The notes beneath the pieces are model-generated. The model had not been told where the DNA came from. It made no database searches and was given only the letters and a program-made list of their open reading frames with translations. From assembly GCA_937960645.1 (NCBI GenBank), contig CALGPJ010000005.1, positions 831 to 64,830 of the forward strand: a stretch of DNA of 64,000 bases, given 5' to 3'. Origin of the DNA: an uncultured Spirochaetia bacterium. GTDB lineage: Bacteria > Spirochaetota > Spirochaetia > JABEVK01. The position numbers were made by a program, and so were the translations under genes. This document shows, piece after piece, positions 45,871-55,128 of this stretch; within the stretch, counting starts at the first letter, position 1; each line of letters starts with the position of its first letter.

Positions 45871-46727
45871 ATCTCACCGCCCTGTTTCGGTTTGCCGTTT
45901 GGAAGGTCAAGGGCACCAGGATTTACGCCCTGGTGGGGAAGAGCGGTACCGGCAAAAGTTTTCGCGCCCAGCTGATTGCCGAAAAGTATCGGCTCAGCCA
46001 TATCATCGACGACGGTCTGTTGATCGCTGGCCCAAAAATCCTGGCGGGACGGAGTGCCAAAAACGATCCAGATTACATGAGCGCCATTCAAACCGCCGTT
46101 TTCGACAAATGGGAACACCGTGAAGAGGTAAAAAAACGCCTGAGAGAGGAAAAGATTCAGGGAATACTGATCCTGGGAACCTCGGAAAAAATGATCCGCC
46201 GAATTTGTGAGCGCCTGGAATTACCCCTGCCCGAACGTATCCTGCACATCGAAGAAATGAGCACCACCGAGGAATTGCAGTTGGCTCGGCTGGACCGCGA
46301 ACAGGGACGCCACGTCATTCCGGTTCCGGCGCTCGAGGTTCAAAAAAATTTCGCTCAGCTGGTAATCGACGGAATCAAGGTCCTCCTGAGTCGGCGTCTC
46401 GACTGGCTTTTGCGGCGGAAACGTTGGGAAAAGACTGTGGTTCGACCTCCTTTCCATCGCAACGGCCGGATTACCCTATCGAAGTCGGCCCTCATCAGCC
46501 TGGTTCTTCACTGTGTGGACGAGTTCAACGCGCAATTGGGCTTCATCTCGTGTAAAATTCGCCAAAACAACGAAAAATTGACGATAAATCTTTGCATTTC
46601 TGCGGCGTATGGATTAGAATTGAAGCTGGAGGTTCCTCGATTGCAGGCCTACATCAAACAGCACATCGAGCAGTACACGGGCTTATCGATCGGGGAAGTC
46701 AATATCAAGGTCACGAAACTTGTTTAA
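45867..46727 (+). CDS. P-loop NTPase with Asp23/Gls24-like C-terminal domain
   Basis: GKSGTGKS, IIDDGLLI, AGRSAK, ILGTS, HVIPVP. C-terminal LQ.YI...IE.YTG....VNI.V. Confidence 0.7.
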   Translation: MNLTALFRFAVWKVKGTRIYALVGKSGTGKSFRAQLIAEKYRLSHIIDDGLLIAGPKILAGRSAKNDPDYMSAIQTAVFDKWEHREEVKKRLREEKIQGILILGTSEKMIRRICERLELPLPERILHIEEMSTTEELQLARLDREQGRHVIPVPALEVQKNFAQLVIDGIKVLLSRRLDWLLRRKRWEKTVVRPPFHRNGRITLSKSALISLVLHCVDEFNAQLGFISCKIRQNNEKLTINLCISAAYGLELKLEVPRLQAYIKQHIEQYTGLSIGEVNIKVTKLV

Positions 46728-46738
46728 AGGAGTAAAAC

Positions 46739-47911
46739 ATGAAAAAAGAACCACGGATGGTTGTCATGTTTTTGGTTTTGGCGGCGTTCCCCATGATGGC
46801 CCAGACCCCATCCAGTCTGGCCACCGCCAATAGCGATATCTTTGCTGTGCAAAGCGAACTGGGCAGCGCCCATGCACAAAAAGTTTTGACTATTGTTCAG
46901 GCCCTTTACGACCAATACAACCAGGTTTTTCAGTTCGACAAGTCGAAACTGACCAATCCTTTACAGATTCGGTGGTTCGCGACCAAGCAAGGATTCGATG
47001 CCTACCTTTCCAGTAAAAGGGTCGAAGGGTCACGCAACGATTTCGTTTTCCTGAGCTGGAGGGACGCTTCCAAAAATGAGCTGGTTGCCTGGGGTGAAGA
47101 CGAAAACTGGTTCAAATCTCTGGCCTTTCAGGGCTTCATCCAGTACATCTGGAGCTTCCTTCCCAACCCGCCGATTTGGCTTCGGAATGGTTTTGCGTAT
47201 TATTTCTGGGACCTCGAGTGGGACGAAGCTACCGGCAGTGTCAAACGCTCGGATAACCTGACCTTTCTTGATGCCGCGAAAAACATCATTCGGCGGGGAG
47301 CACCCGATCTCAATCAATTACTTACCCTCGACGAGGCCAGGGTCACACCGGACAGCGATTACCTCTCTTGGGCCCTTGTCCATTACTTCAGCAACACCAG
47401 CAATTCGGCCGATGTCCGTCTCTTTGCGAATGTTTTGATCGCCCTATCCCCCAGCGAGACGCTCAGCAACAATTCCCGTTCGGTGCTCAATCGAATCACC
47501 AGTGCCCGAAGCCTGTCCGACCTCTCCGCAAACCTAAGTCAACACCTCAACGGGTTGCAGGGATTCTCGACCTTCATGGAAGATGGCATCGACCGTTTTC
47601 GATCGGGGAATTGGGCCGCGGCTACGGAATCCTTCAACAAGGCGCTGGCGCTCAGGCCCAACGACTTCCGGCCCCATTATTACCTCGGCCTGACCGCATA
47701 CTCCGAGGGAAAGTATGAGGCTGCGGCCATCCACTACAACAACGCCAAAAACTTTAATCCGCCGCCGGGGTTGATCGCCTATGCGATGGGTCTCAACAGC
47801 TTCTACCTGCGTCAATACGAGGATGCCACAAACTTCTTGCGGCAGGCCATTGCCGAAAACCCTGCGGACTACAAGACCAATGCGGAACAGGTGCTGGCCC
47901 TGATGCAATGA
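46739..47911 (+). CDS. exported protein with a zincin-like (degenerate) domain and C-terminal TPRs
   Basis: AAGGAG SD, signal peptide, LAFQGFIQY...PIWLRNGFAYYF, TPR motifs YYLGL and YAMGL. Confidence 0.75.
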   Translation: MKKEPRMVVMFLVLAAFPMMAQTPSSLATANSDIFAVQSELGSAHAQKVLTIVQALYDQYNQVFQFDKSKLTNPLQIRWFATKQGFDAYLSSKRVEGSRNDFVFLSWRDASKNELVAWGEDENWFKSLAFQGFIQYIWSFLPNPPIWLRNGFAYYFWDLEWDEATGSVKRSDNLTFLDAAKNIIRRGAPDLNQLLTLDEARVTPDSDYLSWALVHYFSNTSNSADVRLFANVLIALSPSETLSNNSRSVLNRITSARSLSDLSANLSQHLNGLQGFSTFMEDGIDRFRSGNWAAATESFNKALALRPNDFRPHYYLGLTAYSEGKYEAAAIHYNNAKNFNPPPGLIAYAMGLNSFYLRQYEDATNFLRQAIAENPADYKTNAEQVLALMQ

Positions 47912-48583
47912 TCACCAGTCGATTTCGGGTTGGCCCTGAGAGGCCAGCCAGGAATTGATTTTACTGAACGGCCTGGAACCCCAAAAGCCGCGGTGAACAG
48001 AAAGCGGCGAAGGGTGAGGGGCTTCCAAAACGAGATGGCGCCTTCGATCCAGAAAGGCGCCTTTTTTTTGCGCATAGGCCCCCCAGAGCACGAAGGCCTT
48101 GGGCTTCTCATCCCGATCGAGGGCCTTGAGGGCGGCATCGGTGAACAGCTCCCAGCCCCTGCCCTGATGGGATGCCGGAGCGTGGGCGCGCACCGTCAAG
48201 AGGGCATTGAGCAACAGCACCCCTTGCTTCGCCCAATGGATCAGGTCGCGCTCGGTGTGCGGTTCCCGTCCCAAATCCTCTCGCAGCTCCTGAAAGATGT
48301 TCACCAAAGAAGGCGGCATATCGACCGAGGCGTTGACCGCAAAGCACAGTCCTATTGCCTGCCCGGGGCCGTGATAGGGATCCTGTCCCAGGATGACGAC
48401 GCGCACCTTGTCGAAGGGCGTGAGATCGAAAGCCCGAAAAATCAAGGCAGCGGGAGGGAATACCGCGTATCGACGATATTCCTCGTAGACGAAGGACCGA
48501 AGCTCCTGGAAATAGGGCTTCCGAAACTCATCTTGCAGCCGGGCCTTCCAACCCGGCTCCAGGCGGATGCGATCCTCACTCAA
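47912..48583 (-). CDS. ung: uracil-DNA glycosylase
   Basis: VVILGQDPYH, PPSL.NI, WAKQGVLLLN, HPSPLS. TTG start overlaps the upstream stop. Confidence 0.96.
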   Translation of the reverse strand: MSEDRIRLEPGWKARLQDEFRKPYFQELRSFVYEEYRRYAVFPPAALIFRAFDLTPFDKVRVVILGQDPYHGPGQAIGLCFAVNASVDMPPSLVNIFQELREDLGREPHTERDLIHWAKQGVLLLNALLTVRAHAPASHQGRGWELFTDAALKALDRDEKPKAFVLWGAYAQKKGAFLDRRRHLVLEAPHPSPLSVHRGFWGSRPFSKINSWLASQGQPEIDW

Positions 48584-49329
48584 CAGAGACTCCTGGCCAT
48601 GGTTCGCACTTGCCCGAGGTAACTCCTTCCGAATAGATTGAGGTGGTTCAGGACGTGATAAAGATTGTACAACATCTCCCGGCGTTCGTGCTCTTTCTCT
48701 TTGGGGAGAATGCGATGAAATCCCTCGTAGAAGGCCGACGGGTAACCGCCAAAGAGCTTGGTCATCGCCAGATCCGCCTCCCAATGGCCCCGATATACGG
48801 CAGGATCGATCAAGACCCCCTCCCCATTGGAACGCATGAGGTGGTTGCCTGCCCAAAGATCCCCATGAAGGAGGCTCGGCCAAACCTCGAGTCCCTTCCA
48901 ACGTTCGGGCAGGTGTTGGGCAATTCCGGTCAATTGTCTGGCAAGTTCGGCGTCGATCAGACCCGAATCCCTGGCCATTTTGGTTTGAAATTCCAGGCGT
49001 CGTGTGGCAAAAAACTCCCACCAATCGGGATGGGGATCATTGATCTGAACATTATTGCCGATGTAGTTGTTTCTCCCCCAACCGTAATCGTTCCCTGCGC
49101 GGACTCGGTGATGTTCCGCAAACCTCTGGCCAAATTCAAAGTAGTTCAGTTTTCCCGAAGGATGTTCGAGCAGCTCGATTTCCAGCCACTCACCCTCGCT
49201 CGATTTTCCGTAGCCGAGAACCCTGGCCACACCCACCTTCCCCACGGCGGCCAAAGCCTCGAGCCCCTCCCGTTCACAATCGAGCATGTTTGGGAACCGC
49301 CGCTGTGTCTTTCGAAACGCCTCGCTCAT
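48580..49329 (-). CDS. fructosamine kinase family protein
   Basis: E..GL..L, NNYIG, LLHGDLWAGN, IDPA.Y.GH.EADLAMT.LFGG, LYH.LNH.NLFG. Confidence 0.92.
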   Translation of the reverse strand: MSEAFRKTQRRFPNMLDCEREGLEALAAVGKVGVARVLGYGKSSEGEWLEIELLEHPSGKLNYFEFGQRFAEHHRVRAGNDYGWGRNNYIGNNVQINDPHPDWWEFFATRRLEFQTKMARDSGLIDAELARQLTGIAQHLPERWKGLEVWPSLLHGDLWAGNHLMRSNGEGVLIDPAVYRGHWEADLAMTKLFGGYPSAFYEGFHRILPKEKEHERREMLYNLYHVLNHLNLFGRSYLGQVRTMARSLC

Positions 49330-49345
49330 GATTCGATTCTCTCCG

Positions 49346-49975
49346 TCACGAATCCCTGTAGTGATAACTCAGCCAAATATACGTCGCAATATACCCCATC
49401 ATCAGAAAGAGAAAAACCCAAATGTCCAAACCCCGAGGAGCAAAAATCAGTAGAAGCATACAAAGACCAAAGATGACCAACAACCAGCCGCCGATTCGGT
49501 GCATCCGTTTCCAGTTTTTCTCATCCGCAACCGTCCAGGGTGTCTTGATGGCCCAAAACCACCGAGACCGAAAAGGCGTTCGATACAAAAAGCTCCCGAT
49601 GATGATGAAAATCATCCCCAGAACACTTTTAATGATAACGGCAACGATGGGGGAAACGCCCAGGGCAAAAATCAAGGCGGACCAGTAAAGGTAGAGATAT
49701 AGAGTGAGAAAAGATCGCGCTCCCCAGAGATACAGGTTTTCCTGGGTTTCGAAATATTCGGATCGACTATCGACTTTTGGCTGCAAGCCCATAAAAAAGT
49801 AAGCAAAAATCGGCAACACCGCGACGAACCAAATGGCAGGCCTGGGAACAAAAGCATCGGGATCGCCCGTTAGGGACCATAGGAGGGGGATTTCCAGTGG
49901 CAAAGAAGAGAAAATCAGGGCAGTCCCTAAAAGATGGAGGGTGAGTACGACCAGGAAAAACTTGCTCAACCGCAT
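49346..49975 (-). CDS. SdpI/YhfL family membrane protein (DUF1648 + SdpI)
   Basis: LPLEIP..W...G.PD, IKTPWT...E.NW...HR.GG. TTGATT-N17-GACAAT-6nt-ATG. Confidence 0.85.
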   Translation of the reverse strand: MRLSKFFLVVLTLHLLGTALIFSSLPLEIPLLWSLTGDPDAFVPRPAIWFVAVLPIFAYFFMGLQPKVDSRSEYFETQENLYLWGARSFLTLYLYLYWSALIFALGVSPIVAVIIKSVLGMIFIIIGSFLYRTPFRSRWFWAIKTPWTVADEKNWKRMHRIGGWLLVIFGLCMLLLIFAPRGLDIWVFLFLMMGYIATYIWLSYHYRDS

Positions 49976-50014
49976 AAGGGAATTGTCATGCCATTTCCGG
50001 GATGAATCAAGCTT

Positions 50015-52141
50015 TTAGAACACTTGAACCAGATCTTCCCACAAAAAAGGAAAACTGATAACATGAGCCGCTGATACTCCAGGGATTTTCATGATTTCGG
50101 GGCACTGGCAAACCACTATTGCTTTCCTTTCCGAAAGATAGCCGGATACGAAAGGTGATGGTTCCTCGAGCAAAAAGCTGGAATCGATCAGCAGTCCATC
50201 ATAACCGTCCCAGGATACGGAATCGGGTAAATCCTCGTAGAGGTCCAATTCAATGTTTTCTTCCTGATACGCAGCGAGCAAATCCTCCGTTATGGGAATC
50301 GTTTGGTTACAGAACATCAATTTAAGGGGCTTCCTGGAAGGCGGCGCAACAGCATCCTGGGGCACAAAGTACAGATCAAAACATGTACCCAAACCCGGCT
50401 TGCTGAAAAGATTCAGCCAGCCCTTTTGCAAAATCATTCCGGACAGAACGAGGCTCAGCCCCAGGCCGCTGCCTGTTTCTCGAGACTTCGTCGTAAAAAA
50501 TGGCTCGAAAATCAGTTTTTGAATCTCGTTCGGGATGCCTACACCGTTATCTGTTACACGCAGTCTGACATAGGACTCCTTTTTTAGTTCCGGAAACATC
50601 GCAGGAAGGATACCCTGGGGGGAAAGGCGCTGTACTTTGAGACGAATCAGACCCTCCGCTGCCTCCTTGCCGGCCATTACCCCCAAGGCGTGGATGGAGT
50701 TGATCAGCAGGTTCAAGATGATTTGCTCGGTTCTGGCAATGTCTCCCATGACGTATACTGGGCTTGGGGGCCCCTCCTGTTGAAAAACGACGCCCGTTCC
50801 GGCATTCGATTGCGCGATGGTGAGCGCATTTAGAATGGCCTGATTCAGGTCGAAGGCTTTATATTCGATGTCTCGCCGAGTAGAGAGGTGGAGCAAACTC
50901 TGGGACAAATGGACAGCCCGGGAACTGCATGCTTCCAAAAGGGCTATTTTGTCCTTTAATGCCGATGATTCGATCACAGAATTGCTCTCGATCAAGTATT
51001 TGAGAATCGAAGTAGTTCCCGTCAAACCGCTCAGGATGTTGTTCAAATCGTGGACGACCCCACCGGCAACGAGGGCCAACATTTCGGCCTGGCTTTGGAC
51101 TTTTTGAACCTTCTCTGCCCTGTCCATCTCGGTCACATCGATGATCTGCACAGCAAAAAAGTTGGATTTACCCTTAACTTTTGTCAGGTGGATGTCGTAC
51201 AGCCTGTTGGAGGTAGCCTTGAGCTTGACCCTCCGTTCGATCACACTGGACCGGTGAACATGTTCGGAGGCCGCTTTTCTCAGCAATTTGTCGATGGTCT
51301 GATTGAAATGGTCGACAGGCCGGGAACAGTCGACACGACTTAATCCAAAAAAAGTTTCCGCTGCCAAATTGTAGGTGATGAGGATATTGCCCTCGGTGAT
51401 CAGCAGGGGCTGGTCGATGAAATTGAAAACCTCCTGACTCAGGTTGGTGAGGAATTGGACGTCTTCCTGGCTTTTGTACAGCTTGTCCGCCATCGCGTTG
51501 AATTCTTGGGCAACTTCTTCGAATTCCTGGACGGGATACCTGGGAAGACGGTACCTCACATCGTTGCCAAAACGGGTCATGTCGGTTTTCAAAGATTTCA
51601 ACGAGCGCACCACATTTCTTTTCAGGACGTAATAACCGACCAGAGCGCTCGCCCCTGCGAACAATACAAGATAGGATAAGGTGCTCACCAAGGCGCTCGT
51701 CGCCCGATTGGTCAGTTCATCATTGGCAAAGAAAAGTTCAATAGCACTCCAGAGGGGATGGCTCACCTCGCGTCGCAGTACCAGGGCTTCTTTCTGAAGG
51801 CCGGACGGCACTTCTGCGTGTTGCTTCCACTCATCCCCGAGCCGAAGGAAATTCACGTCATCCTGGTCAGACGATCCAGAAATCACGCGCACACCGATGA
51901 ACCATCGAGGTGTTTTCACGGTTTGCAAAAACGAGAGCAAATTTTTCAACTGGTTGGGATCTTGGACGTCGAGAAATACTTTTTCTGTCAGGCCAAGGGT
52001 AATGCTCTTATAGTCTTCGAACTCTTGTTGGAGACGACCCCGCAAAACGAAGAATTGAACGGTTACAGCCAGAGCGACAAATAGAATTGCCCAGATGAGA
52101 AGGACAATAGTAAATATTTTTGAAATCTTGAATGGATGCAT
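50015..52141 (-). CDS. membrane sensor histidine kinase (HAMP, PAS-like, HisKA, HATPase, degenerate receiver-like tail)
   Basis: GGVVHDLNNIL, QIILNLLINS, DNGVGI, IFEPFFTTK, GSGLGL. Confidence 0.9.
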   Translation of the reverse strand: MHPFKISKIFTIVLLIWAILFVALAVTVQFFVLRGRLQQEFEDYKSITLGLTEKVFLDVQDPNQLKNLLSFLQTVKTPRWFIGVRVISGSSDQDDVNFLRLGDEWKQHAEVPSGLQKEALVLRREVSHPLWSAIELFFANDELTNRATSALVSTLSYLVLFAGASALVGYYVLKRNVVRSLKSLKTDMTRFGNDVRYRLPRYPVQEFEEVAQEFNAMADKLYKSQEDVQFLTNLSQEVFNFIDQPLLITEGNILITYNLAAETFFGLSRVDCSRPVDHFNQTIDKLLRKAASEHVHRSSVIERRVKLKATSNRLYDIHLTKVKGKSNFFAVQIIDVTEMDRAEKVQKVQSQAEMLALVAGGVVHDLNNILSGLTGTTSILKYLIESNSVIESSALKDKIALLEACSSRAVHLSQSLLHLSTRRDIEYKAFDLNQAILNALTIAQSNAGTGVVFQQEGPPSPVYVMGDIARTEQIILNLLINSIHALGVMAGKEAAEGLIRLKVQRLSPQGILPAMFPELKKESYVRLRVTDNGVGIPNEIQKLIFEPFFTTKSRETGSGLGLSLVLSGMILQKGWLNLFSKPGLGTCFDLYFVPQDAVAPPSRKPLKLMFCNQTIPITEDLLAAYQEENIELDLYEDLPDSVSWDGYDGLLIDSSFLLEEPSPFVSGYLSERKAIVVCQCPEIMKIPGVSAAHVISFPFLWEDLVQVF

Positions 52142-52176
52142 CGTCCCCCCTTACTATAATAAGCCAGAGGGGACGA
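52141..52176 (-). promoter_or_regulatory. 11-bp hairpin covering the kinase SD and start, with a TATAGT box in the loop
   Basis: UCGUCCCCUCU-14nt-AGGGGGGACGA(UG). No U-tract follows. Confidence 0.45.
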
Positions 52177-52187
52177 GGTTACCAGCA

Positions 52188-52778
52188 TCAGGACTTCAGC
52201 AACTCCGCCAGAGTCTTCATCGCATCATGGCTAGCCGAAGTGATTTTGGCACTGGCTAAAAGATCCTTCTTGTTCTGGCTAAGCCAGTTAAAGACGGCCT
52301 GCTGCATTGCCGCCAGTCCTTCGGCTTTTTTCAGCTGCTCCTTGAGCGCCTGCTGCTCGTTGGCGGAAAAACTCGCTCGACTGTTGCCAATAATCAACGT
52401 TGTTCCCTGAATCTTGACTTCAGTCTTGTCGGGCTTGGCGGCCTTTGGAGCGGAGCTTTTAGCCGGGGCTTTGGCGGCAGCCTTGGCTGGTGCTTTAGCC
52501 GCAGCCTTCGCCGGTGCTTTGGCGGGCGCTTTAGCGGCCGCCTTGGCTGGTGCCTTAGCCGCAGCCTTCGCCGGGGCCTTGGCTTTAGCCTTAGCTTTGG
52601 CCTTGGCCTGCGCAAGCTTTTCTTTTTCCTTCTGGAGTTTGATGCGCTCTAACTCTTTCTTTTTACGCGCCGCTTCAGCCTGCTTTTTGACACTGTCGAA
52701 AACTTTTTTGAGAGCTTCGACATCCAACACCTTAAGGTCCTTCGTGATCTCGCTGAGGAGGGTCTTTGCGTCACTCAT
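52188..52778 (-). CDS. Lys/Ala/Pro-rich histone H1-like protein
   Basis: N-terminal coiled coil, (AK)n then repeated KAPAKAAA, C-terminal globular domain of about 75 aa. Confidence 0.75.
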   Translation of the reverse strand: MSDAKTLLSEITKDLKVLDVEALKKVFDSVKKQAEAARKKKELERIKLQKEKEKLAQAKAKAKAKAKAPAKAAAKAPAKAAAKAPAKAPAKAAAKAPAKAAAKAPAKSSAPKAAKPDKTEVKIQGTTLIIGNSRASFSANEQQALKEQLKKAEGLAAMQQAVFNWLSQNKKDLLASAKITSASHDAMKTLAELLKS

Positions 52779-52784
52779 GGTACT

Positions 52785-52835
52785 AGAATAAAGCATGTTT
52801 TGATGATTTGCAAATATTTTTTTTTGTTATAGAGT
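52785..52835. promoter_or_regulatory. divergent promoter pair sharing a palindromic TTGCAA -35
   Basis: TTGCAA at 52808-52813. Minus strand N17-TATTCT-6nt-ATG(52778). Plus strand N16-TAGAGT-6nt-GTG(52842). Confidence 0.6.
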
Positions 52836-52841
52836 GAAAAA

Positions 52842-53291
52842 GTGATGTTTTTTCTCTGGCTCGGTCTTTTTGTTCTCACCATCGCCGGGGCAGTGATATT
52901 CTCGGTACCGGAGTTCGGCCTTGTGGCGTTGGGGACCATAACTGCAATCGTCATTAGCCTGATCCCGGGTTTGGAAAATGCCTACCTTATCCAGCTTACC
53001 TCGGTGTTGTTCTCCTTTTTTCTGTTATTCGTTTTCCTCAGGAAAAAGGTGAAAAGTGTCTTTCAGGGAAATGAGCTGCGCGAGGACCCCTTCGAGATCT
53101 CGGGCAGAATTGGAGTAGTCGTCGAGCCCATCGAACCCAACAGTCCCGGACGGATCAGCCTGGGCGGAACAACCTGGACTGCCATCTCCTACTCGGAGAG
53201 TTTCCGGGCAGGAGAACGAGTACAGGTACTGGAGAAAGAGGGGTTGACCCTCGTAGTAAACAAAATCGATCAGGAGGTAGCATGGAAATAA
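52842..53291 (+). CDS. NfeD family (short, OB-fold) membrane protein
   Basis: 3 TM, then G..G.V...I....GRI..GGT.W.A......G.RV.V...EG.TL.V. Confidence 0.88.
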   Translation: MMFFLWLGLFVLTIAGAVIFSVPEFGLVALGTITAIVISLIPGLENAYLIQLTSVLFSFFLLFVFLRKKVKSVFQGNELREDPFEISGRIGVVVEPIEPNSPGRISLGGTTWTAISYSESFRAGERVQVLEKEGLTLVVNKIDQEVAWK

Positions 53292-54208
53292 TCATGACAG
53301 TCGTGGTGATCTTGGCGATCTTTCTCTTCGTCAACACCGTCAAGGTCGTTCCCGAGGCCCAGGCTTGGATCATCGAGGAGCTGGGAAAGTATAAAAGGAC
53401 CCTGGGTTCCGGTCTTCACATCGTCATTCCGATTCTTCATCGGGTGGCGTACAAGCACACGTTGAAAGAACAGGTCATCGACGTTCCACCCCAAATCTGC
53501 ATCACCAGCGACAACGTTCAAGTGACCGTCGACGGTATTCTTTACCTCAAGGTCCTGGACGCACAAAAGGCCAGTTATGGCATCGAGAATTATCGTTATG
53601 CCACCGTGCAACTTGCGCAAACCACGATGCGAAGCGAAATAGGCCGTATCATGTTGGACGATACCTTTTCGGAACGCGAAGCGATCAACAACGCCATCGT
53701 GAAAAGCGTCGATCAGGCCTCCGACCCCTGGGGCATTAAAGTCGAAAGGTATGAGATCCGTGACATCGAGCCCGCTCCCTCCATCATCGAAGCGATGGAG
53801 CAGCAGGTCGAAGCGGAGCGGCAAAAACGGGCGGAGATCCTCCTCTCCGAAGGTGACAAACTGTCCCGAATCAATAGGTCCAAGGGCGACCGCGAGGAGG
53901 CGATCAATCTCTCCAAGGGGCAAAAACAAAAAGTCATCAACGAGGCCGAGGGCCGGGCACAAAGTATGGCCATCCTGGCAAACGCCACGGCCGATGGGCT
54001 GAAAATGATCGGAGAGGCCATTCAAAAACCCGGCGGCAGGGAGGCTTTGAGCGTCCACTACGTGCAGAAGTACCTGGAACAGCTCAAAAAGGTTCTCTCG
54101 CACAACAAGGTTAGCATCCTTCCTGCGGAAGCCGCACGTCTTCAGGGCCTGGCCCAGATCCTCGGTTTCCAGCAGTCCACCAATCCGAAAAACGAGGGGG
54201 TCAAATAA
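53282..54208 (+). CDS. SPFH/stomatin-like protein (paraslipin) 1
   Basis: ELGKY, PPQICIT.DNV.V.VDG.LY, LAQTTMRSEIG, WGIKVERYEI. Confidence 0.93.
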   Translation: MEIIMTVVVILAIFLFVNTVKVVPEAQAWIIEELGKYKRTLGSGLHIVIPILHRVAYKHTLKEQVIDVPPQICITSDNVQVTVDGILYLKVLDAQKASYGIENYRYATVQLAQTTMRSEIGRIMLDDTFSEREAINNAIVKSVDQASDPWGIKVERYEIRDIEPAPSIIEAMEQQVEAERQKRAEILLSEGDKLSRINRSKGDREEAINLSKGQKQKVINEAEGRAQSMAILANATADGLKMIGEAIQKPGGREALSVHYVQKYLEQLKKVLSHNKVSILPAEAARLQGLAQILGFQQSTNPKNEGVK

Positions 54209-55128
54209 TGGATTTCGTGACAATTCTTCTGATCGTTCTAGGAGGAGTGAGTTTCATCCTCATCCTCCAAAACATCCGCGTGGTCCCCGCTCAATCAGTC
54301 CTGGTGATCGAACGCCTCGGCAAGTACTCCCGCACCCTCGGGGCCGGTTTTCACATCCTTTTTCCGTTTCTCGATCGCATTGCCTACCAACATAGTCTCA
54401 AGGAAATCGCCATCGACGTTCCCTCCCAACCGGCATTCACCACCGATAACGTCCGCGTCCGTGTGGATGGGGTGCTCTATTTGAGGGTCATCGATCCTCG
54501 CAGGGCCAGCTATGCCGTGGATAACTACCGTTTGGCCGCCGTCCAGTTGGCGCAGACCACCATGCGCTCGGTGATCGGCCTGCTCGAACTCGACAAAACC
54601 TTCGAGGAACGGGAAAACATCAACGCTCGAATTCTCAAATACATCAACGACGCCTGCTCCGAATGGGGTGTCCAGGTAACCCGCTACGAAATCCAAAACA
54701 TCCAGGTCCCGGCCAACATCCTCAAGGTGATGGAAGTGCAAATGAGGGCAGAACGGGATAAACGGGCGGCCATTGCCAAAAGCGTCGGCGAAATGGAAAG
54801 CAAGATCAATTACTCGATGGGCACCATGGAAGAAGAAATCAACAAATCCGAGGGGCAGAAACAACGGCTGATCAACGAAGCCCAAGGTAAGGCCAACGAA
54901 ATCCTCGCCATATCCAAGGCCCTGGCCTTTAGCATCGAAAAGCTCGCGCATGCCATTGCCCAACCGGGTGGCCTGGAGGCGGTGACATTGCAAAATGCGG
55001 AGTCCTTTGTCGAAATCTTCGGCGATACCGCCTCAGGCAATCAGAAAGTTCTCTTGCCTATGAACCTTGGAGCGCCCGAGGACTTTATCCAGCTCTTGAA
55101 AAAAGTCGAAAAATCCTGGAATAGCTAG
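54208..55128 (+). CDS. SPFH/stomatin-like protein (paraslipin) 2
   Basis: ERLGKY, T.DNV.V.VDG.LY, LAQTTMRSVIG, WGVQVTRYEI. Confidence 0.93.
   Translation: MDFVTILLIVLGGVSFILILQNIRVVPAQSVLVIERLGKYSRTLGAGFHILFPFLDRIAYQHSLKEIAIDVPSQPAFTTDNVRVRVDGVLYLRVIDPRRASYAVDNYRLAAVQLAQTTMRSVIGLLELDKTFEERENINARILKYINDACSEWGVQVTRYEIQNIQVPANILKVMEVQMRAERDKRAAIAKSVGEMESKINYSMGTMEEEINKSEGQKQRLINEAQGKANEILAISKALAFSIEKLAHAIAQPGGLEAVTLQNAESFVEIFGDTASGNQKVLLPMNLGAPEDFIQLLKKVEKSWNS

Noticed and set aside
47912-49024. 370-aa N-terminally extended Ung
   Set aside because: The extension overlaps the fructosamine kinase in another frame. A TTG at 48583 coupled to the upstream stop gives a normal-length Ung.
52440-52612. 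Tandem 12/24-bp repeats resembling a CRISPR array or VNTR
   Set aside because: They are in-frame, codon-diverged repeats encoding KAPAKAAA, with no spacers or cas genes.
52842-55128. NfeD plus tandem SPFH genes as a novel system
   Set aside because: This is a common, well-described operon arrangement.
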